Shown here: piece by piece, positions 13,530-27,529 of the stretch
How the letters are laid out: every line of letters begins with the position of its first letter
Numbering within the stretch: the first letter of the stretch is position 1
Assembly (NCBI RefSeq): GCF_009914755.1
Contig: NC_060928.1
Length of the DNA: 64,000 bases
Source: the human T2T-CHM13v2.0 reference genome, Homo sapiens
Strand: one strand, 5' to 3'
The notes under the pieces: generated by a model
Told to the model about the DNA's origin: nothing
The model's input: only the letters and a program-made list of their open reading frames with translations
Database searches by the model: none
Made by a program: the position numbers and the translations under genes

Positions 13530-14560
13530 TCAGGACCCAGCATGGGTTCAATAAGAAAGTGCTAGGTTCAGTTAAGTGCCTAGGCCAGTTAACCAGTGAA
13601 AAAGTGAAAGATACCATCTATCTACAAAGACAAGATGCAGAAATATAGTCTGATGTAATGACAAGTAGATGGATGAGAAACTCCTTGACTGATGACACCC
13701 AAGGGCACACATAAGTGAATGAGTGTCAACCCCAAAGGAAATTTCTAGTGACATGTCATTGGGCTCTGTCCTTGGCCTGCTCAACAGCATGTCACTGGCT
13801 TTTATCAATGATAACTAAACTTGACTGCAGTCACAACAATCTAGTAGGCCTGTTAAAATAGAGCATCGCAGTGTCTATCCTGGACCTACTGAATCAGAAT
13901 TTTCCCAGGTGGCATGGTGGGGCAAAAGGACAGTCTGCCTTAGCAGAAGGAATAGAGGGAGGAGGTTGATCAAAATGTATAGCTGAAATCAAGCTGGGCG
14001 GAATGGGGAAGATGCTAGATAGAGGCTCTGGAGTGATCTCAGCAGGTGGACAGGTGGGCTGAAATATCACTGTGTCATTGTGGAATCCTGCAACTGCCTA
14101 TGAAAATCAGCCATAGGTGAGGTGGATGGGGTAACCAGTTGGGTCTGCAACCTACTTGGGACTCTCAGTGAGCTGCAGACACCGTGATCTACAGTGGATC
14201 CCAAGCTAGATTGATGAGGGGAGAAAGGACGCAATCCAGCCACACTCTCTACAGCCCCTAAAGCTTCCTCTCCATGGTGCAGAAAAGACACCAGAGCGGG
14301 GCCAGATGAGCACCAACAAAATGGACAAGGGGCTCCAGCCCACATCCTGTGAGGACCACCTAGAGAGAAGCAGATGTTTAGCCTGGAAACTCAGAAGGAA
14401 CCAGGCCCTCACCCTGACATACCTCCCGGGCTAACATGTGGAAAGACTTATTCTGTGGGATCCAACAGGGTAGATCCAGAATCAATGAGTGAAAACTAGT
14501 GGGACATGATTCTAATTCGGTGGAATGAAGGTCTTTCCAACAGGAAGGGCAACCTAAAGA
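13530..14560 (+). mobile_element. L3/CR1 ORF2 (RT region) remnant with small MER5-like insert near 13850-13910
   Basis: ccagcatgggttcaataagaa, ggaaatttctagtg...gggctctgtccttggcc...tttatcaatga, aagctgggcggaatg are CR1 RT hallmarks. Confidence 0.6.
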
Positions 14561-14659
14561 GACAGAAATGCTGAGCACTTTGCTGTGGGAACCATTAAAC
14601 ATATATACACCCCTAAGTAGCATTTATTGCAGTGTATTATTTTAGGTATATGCACACAC

Positions 14660-14790
14660 CCTTCCTACAACTGGATAAACTCCATGAAGACTGAAACTAG
14701 GTCACTTCATCCACATTTCCCTAGAATTCAGCACAAGCCCTGCCCATGCTATGTGCTCAATAAATGTTATCTGAATGAATGAGTTGACTG
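14660..14790 (+). mobile_element. L2 3' end
   Basis: aaactccatgaagac...gtgctcaataaatgttatctgaatgaatga. Confidence 0.65.
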
Positions 14791-15584
14791 TCACTGGATG
14801 TTGTCAAGGGTGTTGTGGAGGTGATTCATGTCACATAATTGTTAATGTTCCTTCCAAACAGCAGATCCTATGATCTCTGAACAATTGCACATAAATCAGC
14901 TTCCCTTGGAGACACTCATCCTTTGCATTTTTACAGTTGATTTAAAACTCAGACAAAATGAATTCTTTAAATTATTATGTCTAATGTTGAACTGCAATAT
15001 TAGCCCTAGGTTTAAAACTCAGACTGATATTAAGTATGGGGTAATCATTTTTGCTTTCAATGCTTCTGTACTTCACATGAATATGCTGAAAGTCCTATCT
15101 GCTAAGAAAATGTGTTTCTTCCAGTGGAAATCTCATCCTTCCAGCTATGATCCAGTTTGGGGATTTACCCTCCAGGCCTCTTACAAGTAAATGTCGCCAC
15201 ATCTGGGTCTAGGGGATGTACTGATTCATGGGCTGATGGTGTCAGCTCAGCAGGTGCAGTGTTCACCACACTGTCTACCAGGCTGGGGTTCACCTTGAAA
15301 ACTTACTCCAGCAGAGGCCTGGCCGAACTCAGAAATTAACCCAAAGGGCTTTGAGAGAGCAGTCTCTGCAGTTACCAAGGAGATCAACACACTTCACATC
15401 CTCCTCAAGAGACCACAAAACAAACCCAATTCTCTGGTCCATGGATTGGAGCCTGAAACTCTCCTAAAATTTGAGGCTGCCTTTCAAAACTACCTTTGTG
15501 CTCTTGCCCCATATTAAGAGTGGACAGCCTATGGTCATGTGTCCAGGGGAGGGAGCCATGTCTCCAGTGGGCATCTGCCTTAGA

Positions 15585-15785
15585 GCAGACACTGTGCTGA
15601 GGGAGGTCTCATTTAATCTTCACAACAATTCTATAAGGTGAGAACAGTATACCTATTGCCAAACAAGGAAATGGCATCTCAGAGAAGTTAACTCAGTTGG
15701 CCAACATCACACAGATGAGATGTGTGTATTCCACACATGTCAAATACTGGAGGAGCCAGTATTTGAACTCAGGTCTGTTTACCCC
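15585..15785 (-). mobile_element. MIR
   Basis: tctcatttaatcttcacaacaa...ctcagagaagtta...ggagccagtatttgaactcaggtctg. Confidence 0.7.
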
Positions 15786-16134
15786 TGTCTTAGTCGGCTG
15801 TATAACACTGATCATAAACTGGGTGACTTAAACAACAAACATCTACTTCTCATAGTTCTGGATGCTGGGAAGTCCATGATCAAGGCGCCAAGATTTGGTG
15901 TCCAGTGAGGGCTTTCTTCCTGGCTATGTCCTTACCTGGCAGACAGAGAAATAATCTCTCTTGTCTCTTCTGTTATCAGAAGGGCATTAATAACCCTATT
16001 CATGATGGCTCTGCCCTCATGACCTAATTACCTCCCCGCCAAAGCTTCACCTCCAAATATCATTACATTGGGGATGAGGGCCTCAGCATATGAATTTGGC
16101 AGGGTGGGGAGACACAAATATTCAGTCCATAGCA
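15786..16134 (-). mobile_element. MLT1A-type MaLR LTR
   Basis: tgtcttagtc...aaactgggtgacttaaacaaca...catgacctaattacctcc...acacaaatattcagtccatagca. Confidence 0.85.
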
Positions 16135-16149
16135 AAGCCACAAAGCTGT

Positions 16150-16710
16150 GCTCTTTTCCCACCCAGCAACCAGAGTGATCTTAAAAAAAAAGTCATATTA
16201 GACTTTTCAAAATGCTCCAGTGGCTTCCCCTTGTACCTAGAATATATCCAAACTTCTTGCAGGACTCTGCCCAGTCTGGCCTCTACCTGGCAACACAACC
16301 CACCTCTTCTTGTCCTTGCTTTCTCCCTTCTAGGCCTACTGGCCTTCTTGTTGTTCCCTGGAGTCACCAAAGTCCCTGCCTCAGGGCCACTGCACTTGCT
16401 CTTCCCTCTTCCTAGAATGTTCTTCCCCCATACCCTGCAGATCCTTCTTCCTTCATCCAGGTCTCTGCTCCCATGCCACCTCCTTAGAGAGGCTGTTGGC
16501 AACTACTTCATCTAAAAGAGACTCCTTTTCCCACCACTCTCTAACTTGATGTTTCCTGCCAGAACTTACCAGTATCTGGACAAACATACTTGGGCAGTAA
16601 CTGCTTCTCATTGGTGACCCACCAGAATGCAAGCTCCATGAGGCATGGACTCTGCATCCCTCATTGTCGTATTCCCCACACTCAGGCCCCAGACACATGG
16701 CCAGCACTCA
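16150..16710 (+). mobile_element. L2 fragment
   Basis: cagcaaccagagtgatctt...ctccagtggcttccc...cctgcctcagggcc...agaatgcaagctccatgagg. Confidence 0.7.
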
Positions 16711-18629
16711 CCAAACTGGGCTGGTGCACGGCTAACACCCGCTTCACCCTCTGCTGCCTCTATTTGTTCCCTGCTTATGGAGTTCTGCTACATGGAGCTG
16801 GGTGACCTTGGCCAGGTTAACTTCGGATCTCAAGAGAAATCTTGATGGTGGCCCTTACAAAAAAGGAACTGCTATTTCATCCCTCCCTAAAGACCGCATC
16901 AACCCCTTGCTCTGATATTTGTATGACACTGCCAGTTTTAGAAGTTTGTGATTTTATCAGAGAAGAGACATTTGAGGCAACTGATGAAACAAAAAGATAA
17001 TTATATTTCATAAAGAGAAAATTAAAAAACTTCAAAATTACCAACTGCTGTTTATTGCTAGAACAGATAATTAGTTCATTTAATGCCTTCCAGCATTTTT
17101 TCAAAGCAGATAGAAATGGACTCTTATTAAAGGAGTTATAAAAAGCTGTGTTATCTGGCATCTAACCAACTTCCCAGATTCCACAAATTTCCAAGTTCAC
17201 AATAGGCTTGAGGCAAAAGTTAACCATAATCCAAGACAAGATCAACCGATATTCAATGTAAAAGTTTCTAGAGATGAAATTATCTCTGTTTTGGGAACTT
17301 AATTTGTCTCCCCTCATACATAATCACTGCCCTGCCTCAAAACTCCAGGTAGCCTCAGTTACTCTTGTTGCTAAAAAGTAGTTTGTTTTCCATAAAACAT
17401 TTTACATTCTGTAGAAGAATTTTGTAAATAAATACAGGATGGTTCATTTGCAAAACTCAGGATTTGCTTTGAGTTTTGTTTTATATGGTCTGTCTGAACA
17501 TTGTTTTAGTTGTGGAAATGCCTACTGGCCTCTGAGGGGCTTTTGTTGACTGGACCTTCCCAGTTTTTCTCTCCTTTCTTAATGCATTTACCACTTCAAA
17601 GGAACTCTCAGCTTCAGGCCAGGGTCAGGCTAGAGGGTGAAACACCTACGGGATCAAAGAATGGTCTTCTGGGAAATTTTAAGCTAGATTTTAGTTTATG
17701 GCAGCTTTTAACCATTCTATACATCCCCTTGTCCTTACGTGGGAGATAATAAAGCTTTTGTGTATAGCCAGATACAAGGATAGATGAAATGCTGCAGGTG
17801 ATTTCACTTGCAAAGAAGGAAGGAAAAAAGCTGGGAGGAGGGGGCGGGTGTTTATATTCACTGTTGAATTCCACTGGTGGCCTCAGTAGGGGGAGCTGTA
17901 GAGAAAAATTAGAAGGTGCGATGGGAAGGAGAGGTGTGGACACAGGGGGTGTCTGCATGAGTGCGTTGCTTAGAGCAGAAACTGCCCAGAACATTGTATC
18001 TTCACTGTCACATAGATTACTCTGTATTTCCAGATTTTCCTTTTATTATACTGTATTTGATCATAAACTGAATATTTCTTAATACTTGCCACCAGCAGCC
18101 AAACATTCCCATTATTTACATTAATGATGAGTGTATTTGATACTCAAACATGAAGTTATATCCCACTTCCTTCAATCCACATGCTAATAGTTGTTTACCA
18201 CATAACACACTAAAAAAAATCGTTTTTATCTTGAGTTATCTTCCAAAGAGTTGAAGAAAAAAAGCAGAAGAGAAAAAAAGGCTACAGGTGGTTTAGTGAT
18301 ATTTATAATCATTACTGGAATTCTTGTGCCTGAGTGAGAAAATATCCCATAGGAACATCGATCTTTGGCTAACTGATCAAATTCCAAGGTATATTCTCTG
18401 TTGAGCACGTGTATTGTTACTTCAGTAATTATTTTGATGCAGTCATCAATTTAGGCACAATTCCTAAAGTGTCTTTGAGAGTATGACATTAATCTTCCAC
18501 CAACACTTTTTCTTGTTAAAGAGCCATGTTTATACTCTGTGGTTGTCAAAGAGAAAGGGGGATAATACATAATATGATGTGCAGCCTCTAACAACCACGA
18601 TGTGTGCATTGTCATGATATTCAACTTAC

Positions 18630-18680
18630 TTTTTCATTCCATGCCCACAGTCCAATTCCAAGAAATGTTATTCCCAAAAA
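18630..18680 (-). CDS. TSPAN5: Tetraspanin-5 internal coding exon (exon 2; end of TM1 and start of small extracellular loop), 51 nt, phase 0/0
   Basis: Minus strand reads TTT TTG GGA ATA ACA TTT CTT GGA ATT GGA CTG TGG GCA TGG AAT GAA AAA = FLGITFLGIGLWAWNEK, matching TSPAN5 as recalled (paralogs TSPAN17/14 differ here). Acceptor ctgctttctttctttttcag has its AG at 18682-18681; donor gtaagt starts at 18629. Confidence 0.95.
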
Positions 18681-19347
18681 CTGAAAAAGAAAGAAAGCAG
18701 TGTAAATATAAGGGAAAATGCCGCTAATATAAAGAAGAAACTTTTCAATCAATTCTTTTGTCACTTTACCTGGCTGGGAAATAGCTTTTCCTAAAGTGTG
18801 AGCACTTATCTTTACCAGGAAAATAAATACCATAATCCCCCTACTTAAAATTTTTACAGCATTAAGAAGGGCTGGAGACACACAGTTGGTTAGAAGTCAT
18901 TCAGATTATGAAGAGTAATAATTAGGTAGAATCCTGAGTACACTGAAATTATCAATAACATTTAATATGCTGCCTTTTAGGGTAGGGGAGGAAACGGATT
19001 CCCCATGGATCTGAGGCCTGTGGTCACTAGAAAATGGATAAGCAGAGGCATTAACTTAGAGGAACTGGGATCTTCTCTTCAGTATTGAGCCATTACAAAT
19101 GGGCCAGGTCAGCGAGGGGCATGTAGAGCCTTGGATGTCCCTCTTTGATCATGCCTTCCAAAGGTAACAAGAATCTTATCAATGTAACCCAAAGAAAATT
19201 CCTAAGTTCTGTTTTCAGAAACTTCGATTGTGTAAATTTTAGTTCAGAGGACCTCCCACCACCCTTCTTGGTTTTGACTCAGTTCCACAACTTCATGCAT
19301 ACACAGAGTATACAACACATGGGACTGAGTTACGCATTCAGCCCTAA

Positions 19348-19776
<429 letters not shown>

Positions 19777-19804
19777 TAGGGCTTTCCATTTTAATTAATT
19801 CTCA

Positions 19805-19900
19805 CTGTATTCCATCTGCTATAAGATACATATATTTTCCCCACATTTGAACACATCTGAAATTGGGATGTATCTTAAAATCCATGGTATCTCATAATTT
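19805..19900. mobile_element. MER96-like DNA transposon fragment
   Basis: ctgtattcc...taagatac...cacattt...catctgaaattgggatgtatctta...atggtatct. Confidence 0.5.
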
Positions 19901-21019
19901 TTTCCCCCTTGATATAGAAAACAATGGAGTGTTTTGTAACTGGGGCGACACAGACTTGATGACACATTGTACAGAGCTGTCCACCCACTAAAAATCCAAT
20001 GATCAGGACTGTGTGTAATTGGCCATGAGTAAAGATATGCTTCATCTTTATTATCAATAGCAACTCTCAATTTCCTTTCCAAACACTGAAAAGAGACAAG
20101 AAGTTTCAGTGTGATGGCAGCACACCGTTTATTTTACTAACATCTTGATTAAGTTAATGTGAGGAAAGTGGTCCACTGAGAGGGGTATGCAGAGAAAAAA
20201 ATGAGTGAGAGTGGTTATTTTTTACAGTTCCAGGGAAATCCGAGACCTGCCCACTGGGCAAGGGCTTCACTGTTCTCAGCAGGGAGTTCCTGATACTTTG
20301 TAAGCAATCACTAATAAATCCAAACGGGACTTGGACAGATGGCAGGAGCAGAAAGAAAAGGGGACTGACAAAAGACAATTAGCTGCTCCGAAAACATAGT
20401 GGTGTTTTTAAAAAGCAGACCTTCCCGAAGCTCTCGACACTCATCTGACATTGAAGCAAGACAACACACAATACATTCTGAGCCCTATACAGAAAATCAT
20501 GTCCTTGATTTGGCAAGAACTGAAGACCCCTTTCTTCCTACCCCTTGCTCTTATAGGGGACTCCTTGGAAAGTGTTCAGAAAGATTTCTCGTTTTACTAT
20601 CCCAACTGAAAAACCGTGCTCAGCCCTGGTCAGAGAGCTATTTCATTTTACATTTCAGATCCAAAACAAGTGAATCTCCAAAAGACTCAAAGGTACTTAG
20701 GACTCTGTAGCACAAAAGTAAAACAATTCAGCATGTTACTCTCATATTTATAGGTGCTGGGCAAAAGAGAACGACCACTGACAAGTGAGTGTACAGGCTC
20801 CCATGAGACCTAGGAAGCACAGAAGCACAGAGTTAAGGCTTTGACTTCAACCCATTGACATCAAACACAACCCAGTGAAATGGCTGACTTTCCAATGCTG
20901 AAGCTCCTCATGGACAAATGTTTGGTTATTTTCCCTGACGCAGTATTCACTGTCCCTCCTGCTGCTGATGGTGTGGACATGTTCCTGCCGAAGGCCTCTG
21001 CTTGATCGCTAAGATTTGT

Positions 21020-21240
21020 TTTTATTACTTTCCAGGCATCATGCTTAGTGCTTTGTGTGCAATGTCTCTTTAAAGCTTCACAACAATTTTACTCTGAAAT
21101 AGGCGCTCTTATTATCCCCTTTTTAGGAAAGAGGAAAATGAGGTTTAGAGAGTTTAAATAACTTGCTCAGAGGCACATAGCTTCTAAGCAGAGGAGCAGA
21201 GACTTGAACAAGAGAAATACATGTTCTTAGCAGTCCTGAT
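21020..21240 (-). mobile_element. MIR
   Basis: cttcacaacaa...attatcccc...gaggaaaatgaggtttagagagtttaaataacttgctc. Confidence 0.7.
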
Positions 21241-22222
21241 AAATTCCCCTTTGCTCCCATGATATAAAAAGTTGAGGCATTCAGGCTGGAATTACATGGT
21301 ACATGATCAGCATATCATATATTCCTCCCCCAGCAAGCAAAGGGGTGTGGAAAAGGTAAAGAGAGATAAAAACCTTGCCTTCACATAAGAACTGGCTGTG
21401 GAACAGAAATTCCCCACTTTGGTGTCCACAATGGAGTTAAGCAAAAGAACAGAGAAATTCAATGGTGGGTCCACATTCTCCTTTTTAAATAAAGTTTTCG
21501 TCTCTCCTCTTGGCACTTTGAGACAACTTTTTTCATTCACGAGCCATATAAATAGCTTGGAAACCAATGGTTTTCCATAAAGAGGAGAGAGAAAAAAAGT
21601 AGGGATTTAAAGAAGACTCACAGACAATTTCCTTTATAATCTTGCTCCCATATTTCCTGCTTTGACTGTGACTTTCCAAACAAGGGTTTAAGAACTGGGA
21701 AAGAACACAATTTGAAGTTAAGGGAAACACTCAATACCTAAGCAAGCAAGTGGTGCAAGCCTGGGCCTCAACTTGATACATACCTTCAGTGCTACATCAC
21801 TAGCAAATGTCCTCCCAATTATTCTCAGACCATATGTTTTGTTTTAAAATCAAGTTGTTCCAGTTCCCAATAATTAAACAGAGAAGAGCCAAAAAACAGA
21901 GACAGGCATGCAATACTTGAGGCACATTCAGTTTCCCCTTCCCACCTCCCAAAGAAAAGACAACCATAAACCACGAAACTGACCTCATTCTGAAACCCAG
22001 GGAGGCCCACTTGCAGGAAATAGCTGAGAAGTCTTAAAGTCAACCCTTTACTCTTTTGAAATGGAAAAAAATATATCTGAGGCATCTTATCTGAGGCATC
22101 TTCCCACATGGCAATATATGCAAATGTACAGTACAAATGTTTGTCAACCCAAATTTTGATGTTTTAAAATAAATAACAATAATTTTGCCGGCATTTGTTG
22201 AATGCTAAGTATGGCTAAACTA

Positions 22223-22551
22223 CAGCCACGTGTTGCTTAATAAAGGGAATACGTTCTGAGAAATGTGTAGTCATGCAAACATCATAGTGTACTTACACAA
22301 GCCTAGATGGTACAGCCTATGACGCACCTAGGCTATATGGTATAGCCTATTGCTCCTAGGCTACAAACCTATACTGCATGTCACTGTACTGAATACTGTA
22401 GGCAACTGTAATACAATGGTAAGTATCTGGCATCCAAACGTATCTAAACATAGAAAAGGCATAGTAAAAACACAATATAATAATCTTATGGGACCACCAT
22501 TGTATATGCAGTTGGCTGTTAACTGAAACATCATTATATGGCACATGACTA
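22223..22551 (+). mobile_element. Tigger3a (MER7A-type) non-autonomous TcMar-Tigger element
   Basis: TA|cagccacg...tacgttctgagaaatg...cctaggctatatggtatagcctattgctcctaggctacaaacct...gcacatgact. Confidence 0.85.
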
Positions 22552-22554
22552 CTG

Positions 22555-22794
22555 TTTCAAACTGAGCTGCACTGGTAAGTGTAAAGTGCAGGCTGAATTT
22601 TGAAAACTTAATATGAATAAAAGGAATGTAAAATATCTCATTAATATTTATTATCGATTACATCTTGACGTGATAACATTTTGGATATACTGGGTCAAAT
22701 ATTTAAATTAATTTCATTTCACTTTTTAAAGATAGCTATGGAAAACGTAAACTACATAGGTGGTTTGCATTATATTTTTATAGAATAATGTTGG
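22555..22794 (-). mobile_element. MER33 (hAT-Charlie)
   Basis: gtaagtgtaaa...gaatgtaaaatatctcattaata...ttttggatatactgggt...gtggtttgcattatatttt. Confidence 0.75.
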
Positions 22795-22884
22795 TACAAA
22801 GTATCCCATAACAATATCCCAGGCACTAGATATTGTTTTAATCCCCATTTTATAGATAAGGAAACTGAGGCTTAGAAATTTTAA

Positions 22885-23183
<299 letters not shown>

Positions 23184-23697
23184 AGAAATTTTAAGTATTC
23201 CTCCCAAGATCATAAAGGTGCCTGAGCTACATTGCTCAGAAAATCTGAATCCTTAGCCCAAGACCAAAACTATTATACTTTCCTAATATGCACAGAATGT
23301 TTGTCCACAGAGCAAGCTCAGGGACGGAGAACTGTAATGAAACTCATGCCCTAAGTCTCTAAATTACTCTTTTAATTTCTAGGCATCAAAGGTATGTTTT
23401 CCCACCTAGGAATGAGAACAGCCCTCAGGCAGGCTGATGGAAGCCTTCAGGCATAGCAGAAGGACAGCCGGCAGAGCTGACCCTTGGGAACAGCTGGAGA
23501 AGAAAATGGCCCCAGCATGTGATGAGGGCGATTAGTTACCTCTGGAGGGACACATCTGCCCCACTTTTCTCTGAATTCTACAAAAGGAAGATCCTTTCCT
23601 CCCTATCTGGTGGTTTTCTTCCTTGCTGAACCTCCAACATTTTGAAATTGGTACAGTGCCTTATTCTAACTGGTATAAAAATGGATACTTCAAGAGG

Positions 23698-24560
23698 CCA
23701 TTCATCCATTCATTTATAATCTGCAACAAATATTCTTGAGTTCCTATTTTGTACTAGACACTACTTTTCTCTTGGGATAAATGAAGGTAAGAAAACAGAA
23801 ACAGTTCCTGCCTCCAATGAGCATACAGTCCAGTAAGAGAGAGAGAGAGTCCTCAAATAAAGAGTAAAACGTAAAATCATTCCTAATGGTGCTACAAAGG
23901 AGAAACAAATAAGGCCAAAGAAACTATAACAGGGGGATTTGACCTGGAGGGGCATCTGAAGGTTTCCCTGAGTGAGAAATGCGTACATGTAGTCCAAAGG
24001 ATGAGAAGGAGTTAATGAGCAAAGAAAGGAGGAAGAGTGTTTCAGGCAGAGCAGAATGTACAAAGTCCCAGTAGAGAGAGAAGCATGACAAGTAAACAGG
24101 TCTAAAAGGCAATTGCTGTGGCTGGTGCACAGAGAATGGGGGAAGTGGGGAAGGTACAGCAGGTTTGCAATTAGAGACACGAGCATGGACCAGCCCATGC
24201 AGGCCTTGTAGCCCACCTTAAGGAATCCAGTCATTCTCCTACAAGTGCCAGGAAGCCATTTAAAGGCCAGCTATGTGTGGTGAGCAGGGGTGGGGTAGGC
24301 AGGCAGGTCTTTGCAGATCTGGGCTTTGGAAAAATGAGGATCTGGGCCGCAGAAAAGATTAGAGTCTGAGTGCATCTACAGTGATCAAAAGGAGGTGACT
24401 TTGGTAATACAGGCAAGATGTGATCATGTCCTGGGCTGAAATACGGTGAAACGGTCGGAATTGAGAGCTACTGAGAAGTAAAACTGACATTTTCAGTGGG
24501 GGTGGGAGGAAGGGGAAGGAAAAGGAAGTGTTAAGGATAATGCCTACATTTCTGGCATCT
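23698..24560 (-). mobile_element. L2
   Basis: cattcatccattcatt...caacaaatattcttgag...tcctgcctccaatgagcatacagtccagt...gaaggtttccctgag. Confidence 0.75.
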
Positions 24561-24813
24561 TCTACAGAGACTATGGCTCTTCAAAATTCCAAAGACTTAC
24601 ATCCCCTCTGACAGAAGTTATTCTCAGGTGCCAATTTCATAACTAGCTTGATCTAGTGGCACTTCTGAAGGACAGTTTTCTTTTCTGTGTATTTTGGCTG
24701 CTATCTGAATTCTCTTTGAAATAAATTTCGGTTTGTATACTTTTAAAAAATAAATTATTTAAAAATATACATATATTTCCAACACCCCTGCTACTTTTAT
24801 TCATAAAAAGCAA

Positions 24814-24861
<48 letters not shown>
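24814..24861 (+). repeat. (ATAG)12 tetranucleotide microsatellite
   Basis: 48 bp of perfect GATA-type repeat. Confidence 0.95.
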
Positions 24862-25684
24862 TATATATCAAGTTCCTAGACAATTCTTAAATTGACACTT
24901 TCAATCCTCTTTGCTTAAAAACATAGCAATTACATTGATGGCATCTGCCCAGGATCCTGTGAACAGACTCAAAATAACAGCACACAAGGTAAATATGATA
25001 GAGGAAAATAAAGATCAAGTCAATCTTCTTACCTAAATTGGAGTCACAAAAATATCATCCTAAATAACAATGAATGGAAAAAAACCCAACATTCTGATGA
25101 AGTCTTTAAGAAAATGTTAATCCCTGCCTGAATAAACAGGAGAAATGCATTTAAAAATTTAGCATAGAAGGGAGGCAAGGGGAGAAGTGCCATTAGGAAA
25201 GTTGTATTTTCCTGAAGCTGCAGCACCTGTACTCTGTATTATATATTTTCTGACACTTTAGTCTGAACAACACTCGTTTTAGCAGGGTCCACACAAATGT
25301 GCTAAATACTTATAATAACAAAATAAATGTCTTTATAGAGGAGGGACTTATTTCAGGAATAAAAAAACCTCTGGGGATAATTCTGGCCATGTCAAAGGAG
25401 TAACTGTGGGCTGGTGGAAAATTCAATATGCAGAAAGTCAATCCCAGTTTTCCCATTGGGTCCCCGTGTCCCAGTTTGTACATTCAAACTGTCCGGAGTC
25501 CTCATGGTAAGATGGCGTGACTGATAAAGCTCAAACTGTAAACAGGACATGTCCCATCCAGCCAGGGTCACCATCTCTCATGTCACTTCATCCTGATGGC
25601 CTCCTTTCAGTGTGGCCCGAGTGCACTCTGCCTGCTGAACCCTGACTCCAGTGCTACGTAGTTTCATGATCTTGGGAAAGGGTC

Positions 25685-26190
25685 TTCATTCATTTGGCAA
25701 ATATTTATTGAGCACCTACCATGAGCAAGGAGGTCATCTAGGGGCTTTGGATAAACTGGGAAACAAAACAAAGTGACTGGTCTTGTGGGGTTTACATTCT
25801 AGTTGAAGTGTGCAGGAAGAGAAAGGCAATATAAAGAAACATAAGTGAGTAGATGCAGGGAATTTTTTAAAATGGGAAGTGCTGTGGAAAGAGATCAGTG
25901 TCACGGGCTTGTCATGTGGCAGAAGACAGAGGAGGCACTGCAATATGAAAGCAGAGCAAATAACAGAGGTCTTCACTAAGAAAGTGACATATAAGCAAAA
26001 ACACAAAAGAGGTGAAGGAGTGAATGGCAGGTGTCGGGGGAACAGCATTCCAGGGAAAGTCTGGAGGCACAGCCACCAAGTGGCTGCAAGACACAGCACA
26101 GAGGATGATAGGAGCCAGGTTGTGTTGGGCTTTGCAGGCTGTGGTGAGGACTCTGGTTTCTCCTGAGACAAAGAATCACTGGAGGGTTTC
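25685..26190 (-). mobile_element. L2
   Basis: ttcattcatttggcaaatatttattgagcacctacc...gaacagcattccagg. Confidence 0.75.
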
Positions 26191-27189
26191 TTGACTTCTT
26201 AGAGCTCTGGTGTCCTTACCTGTCACATGCAGATAAGAAGGGCACCTCAGAACTGCACAAAGCAATTGTGTGTGTTGATGTGACCACGTGAGCACTGAGT
26301 GCTTGGCAAGTATTGTCATTAATATCAGTTCCTGCCCCCCTCCTGACACATTTCTCAACCTGCCCCTCCAACCCTGCCATCTACAACTGGTCAAAATGAA
26401 ATGCAGCTTCACGTCCTGCCTCCTCCAAATACAAGAAAATATACTAGTTCACAGTGATCAGAGGCTCTCTCTCTCTCTCTCTCTCTCCCTCTCCTGAACT
26501 TCTGTATCACTTGCTGCATGTGCCCTTATTTGACATTTACACACACACACACCCAAACACAGAGGATTATGGAGGAGTGATGTGACCTGGGATTAGATAA
26601 CAGAGATCAGTGATGGGGCCTGTCCTAACCAGAGAGCATGTGCTCACAGGAAGTGGCAGCATCCGGCCTCCCATTTATCTTCTCTCCTCAATTTCAGCTT
26701 GAGGGTCATTCCAGGAAAAATGTATACAGTATCCCATGCATTTAAAACAAACTAACACACTCTAGTCAGATACTCATATGGTACTTAATTTCACATCTTT
26801 TCCATTGCTTTTCTTAGCAACCTAGTTCATGAATTCTGGATGACTAGCCCCAGAACTTTTAAATCCACTAATTTTGATTAATTTAATTTCTGCATTAAAG
26901 AAGTTTCTCTCCATCAGGGCTTCTAGATGCATCTTTCCTCTCCGTAACCTTATTGCTCCTGGTTTTTGCATGATATCCTGTGTGAATGGGTTTGGTTTCA
27001 TTGTGCCTATTTTTTTACAGAATCCTTTCAGAAGAACGTGGGATACAAATGATAACCAATATTAATCGAGTTAGCTCCTCCATCTACATCCCCCTTTCTG
27101 AAAACTGGCCCTGCCCCAACAGGGGCTCCTGTACGCATATTTGTGGAGGATGGGCCTTCTCCCACTCTCTGGACAGATGAGTCACTAGG

Positions 27190-27529
27190 GTCAGACATAT
27201 GACTCAGGAAGAGCTGTTCCACTGAATACCAGGCTGGGCCAGAGTCTCCCATTTCCCAAGAGTCTGGTATTGGACAAAGTGATTTTTCTCAGCCTAGTCT
27301 CCCTCATGCTAGAATAGACTGGGGGATATTATGTAGATATAGAAAGTAGAAAAGAGACCCAGAGTAGCTTATGTTCCTGACTGCTTCCAGCTTCTTATCC
27401 CGGGACCTGTGGTTGCACTCCTTATGCTGGGTTCCATGCAATCCCCTGGGCTCCTATTTTAAGTAAGCGCCTCTCATCTTAGCTAAAGCTACTTTGGGGG
27501 CATTCTGTTACATGCAGCCAAAAGCATTC
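27190..27529 (+). mobile_element. Ancient ERVL/MaLR LTR remnant
   Basis: Ends ttctgttacatgcagccaaaagcattct, typical of old ERVL/MLT LTR 3' ends. Confidence 0.4.

Noticed and set aside
18621-18881. 86-aa ORF containing the TSPAN5 peptide
   Set aside because: Only 18630-18680 is bounded by splice sites; the rest is intron that happens to be open.
23761-26171. 157-aa and 145-aa minus-strand ORFs
   Set aside because: They fall inside decayed L2 elements and have no recognisable protein features.
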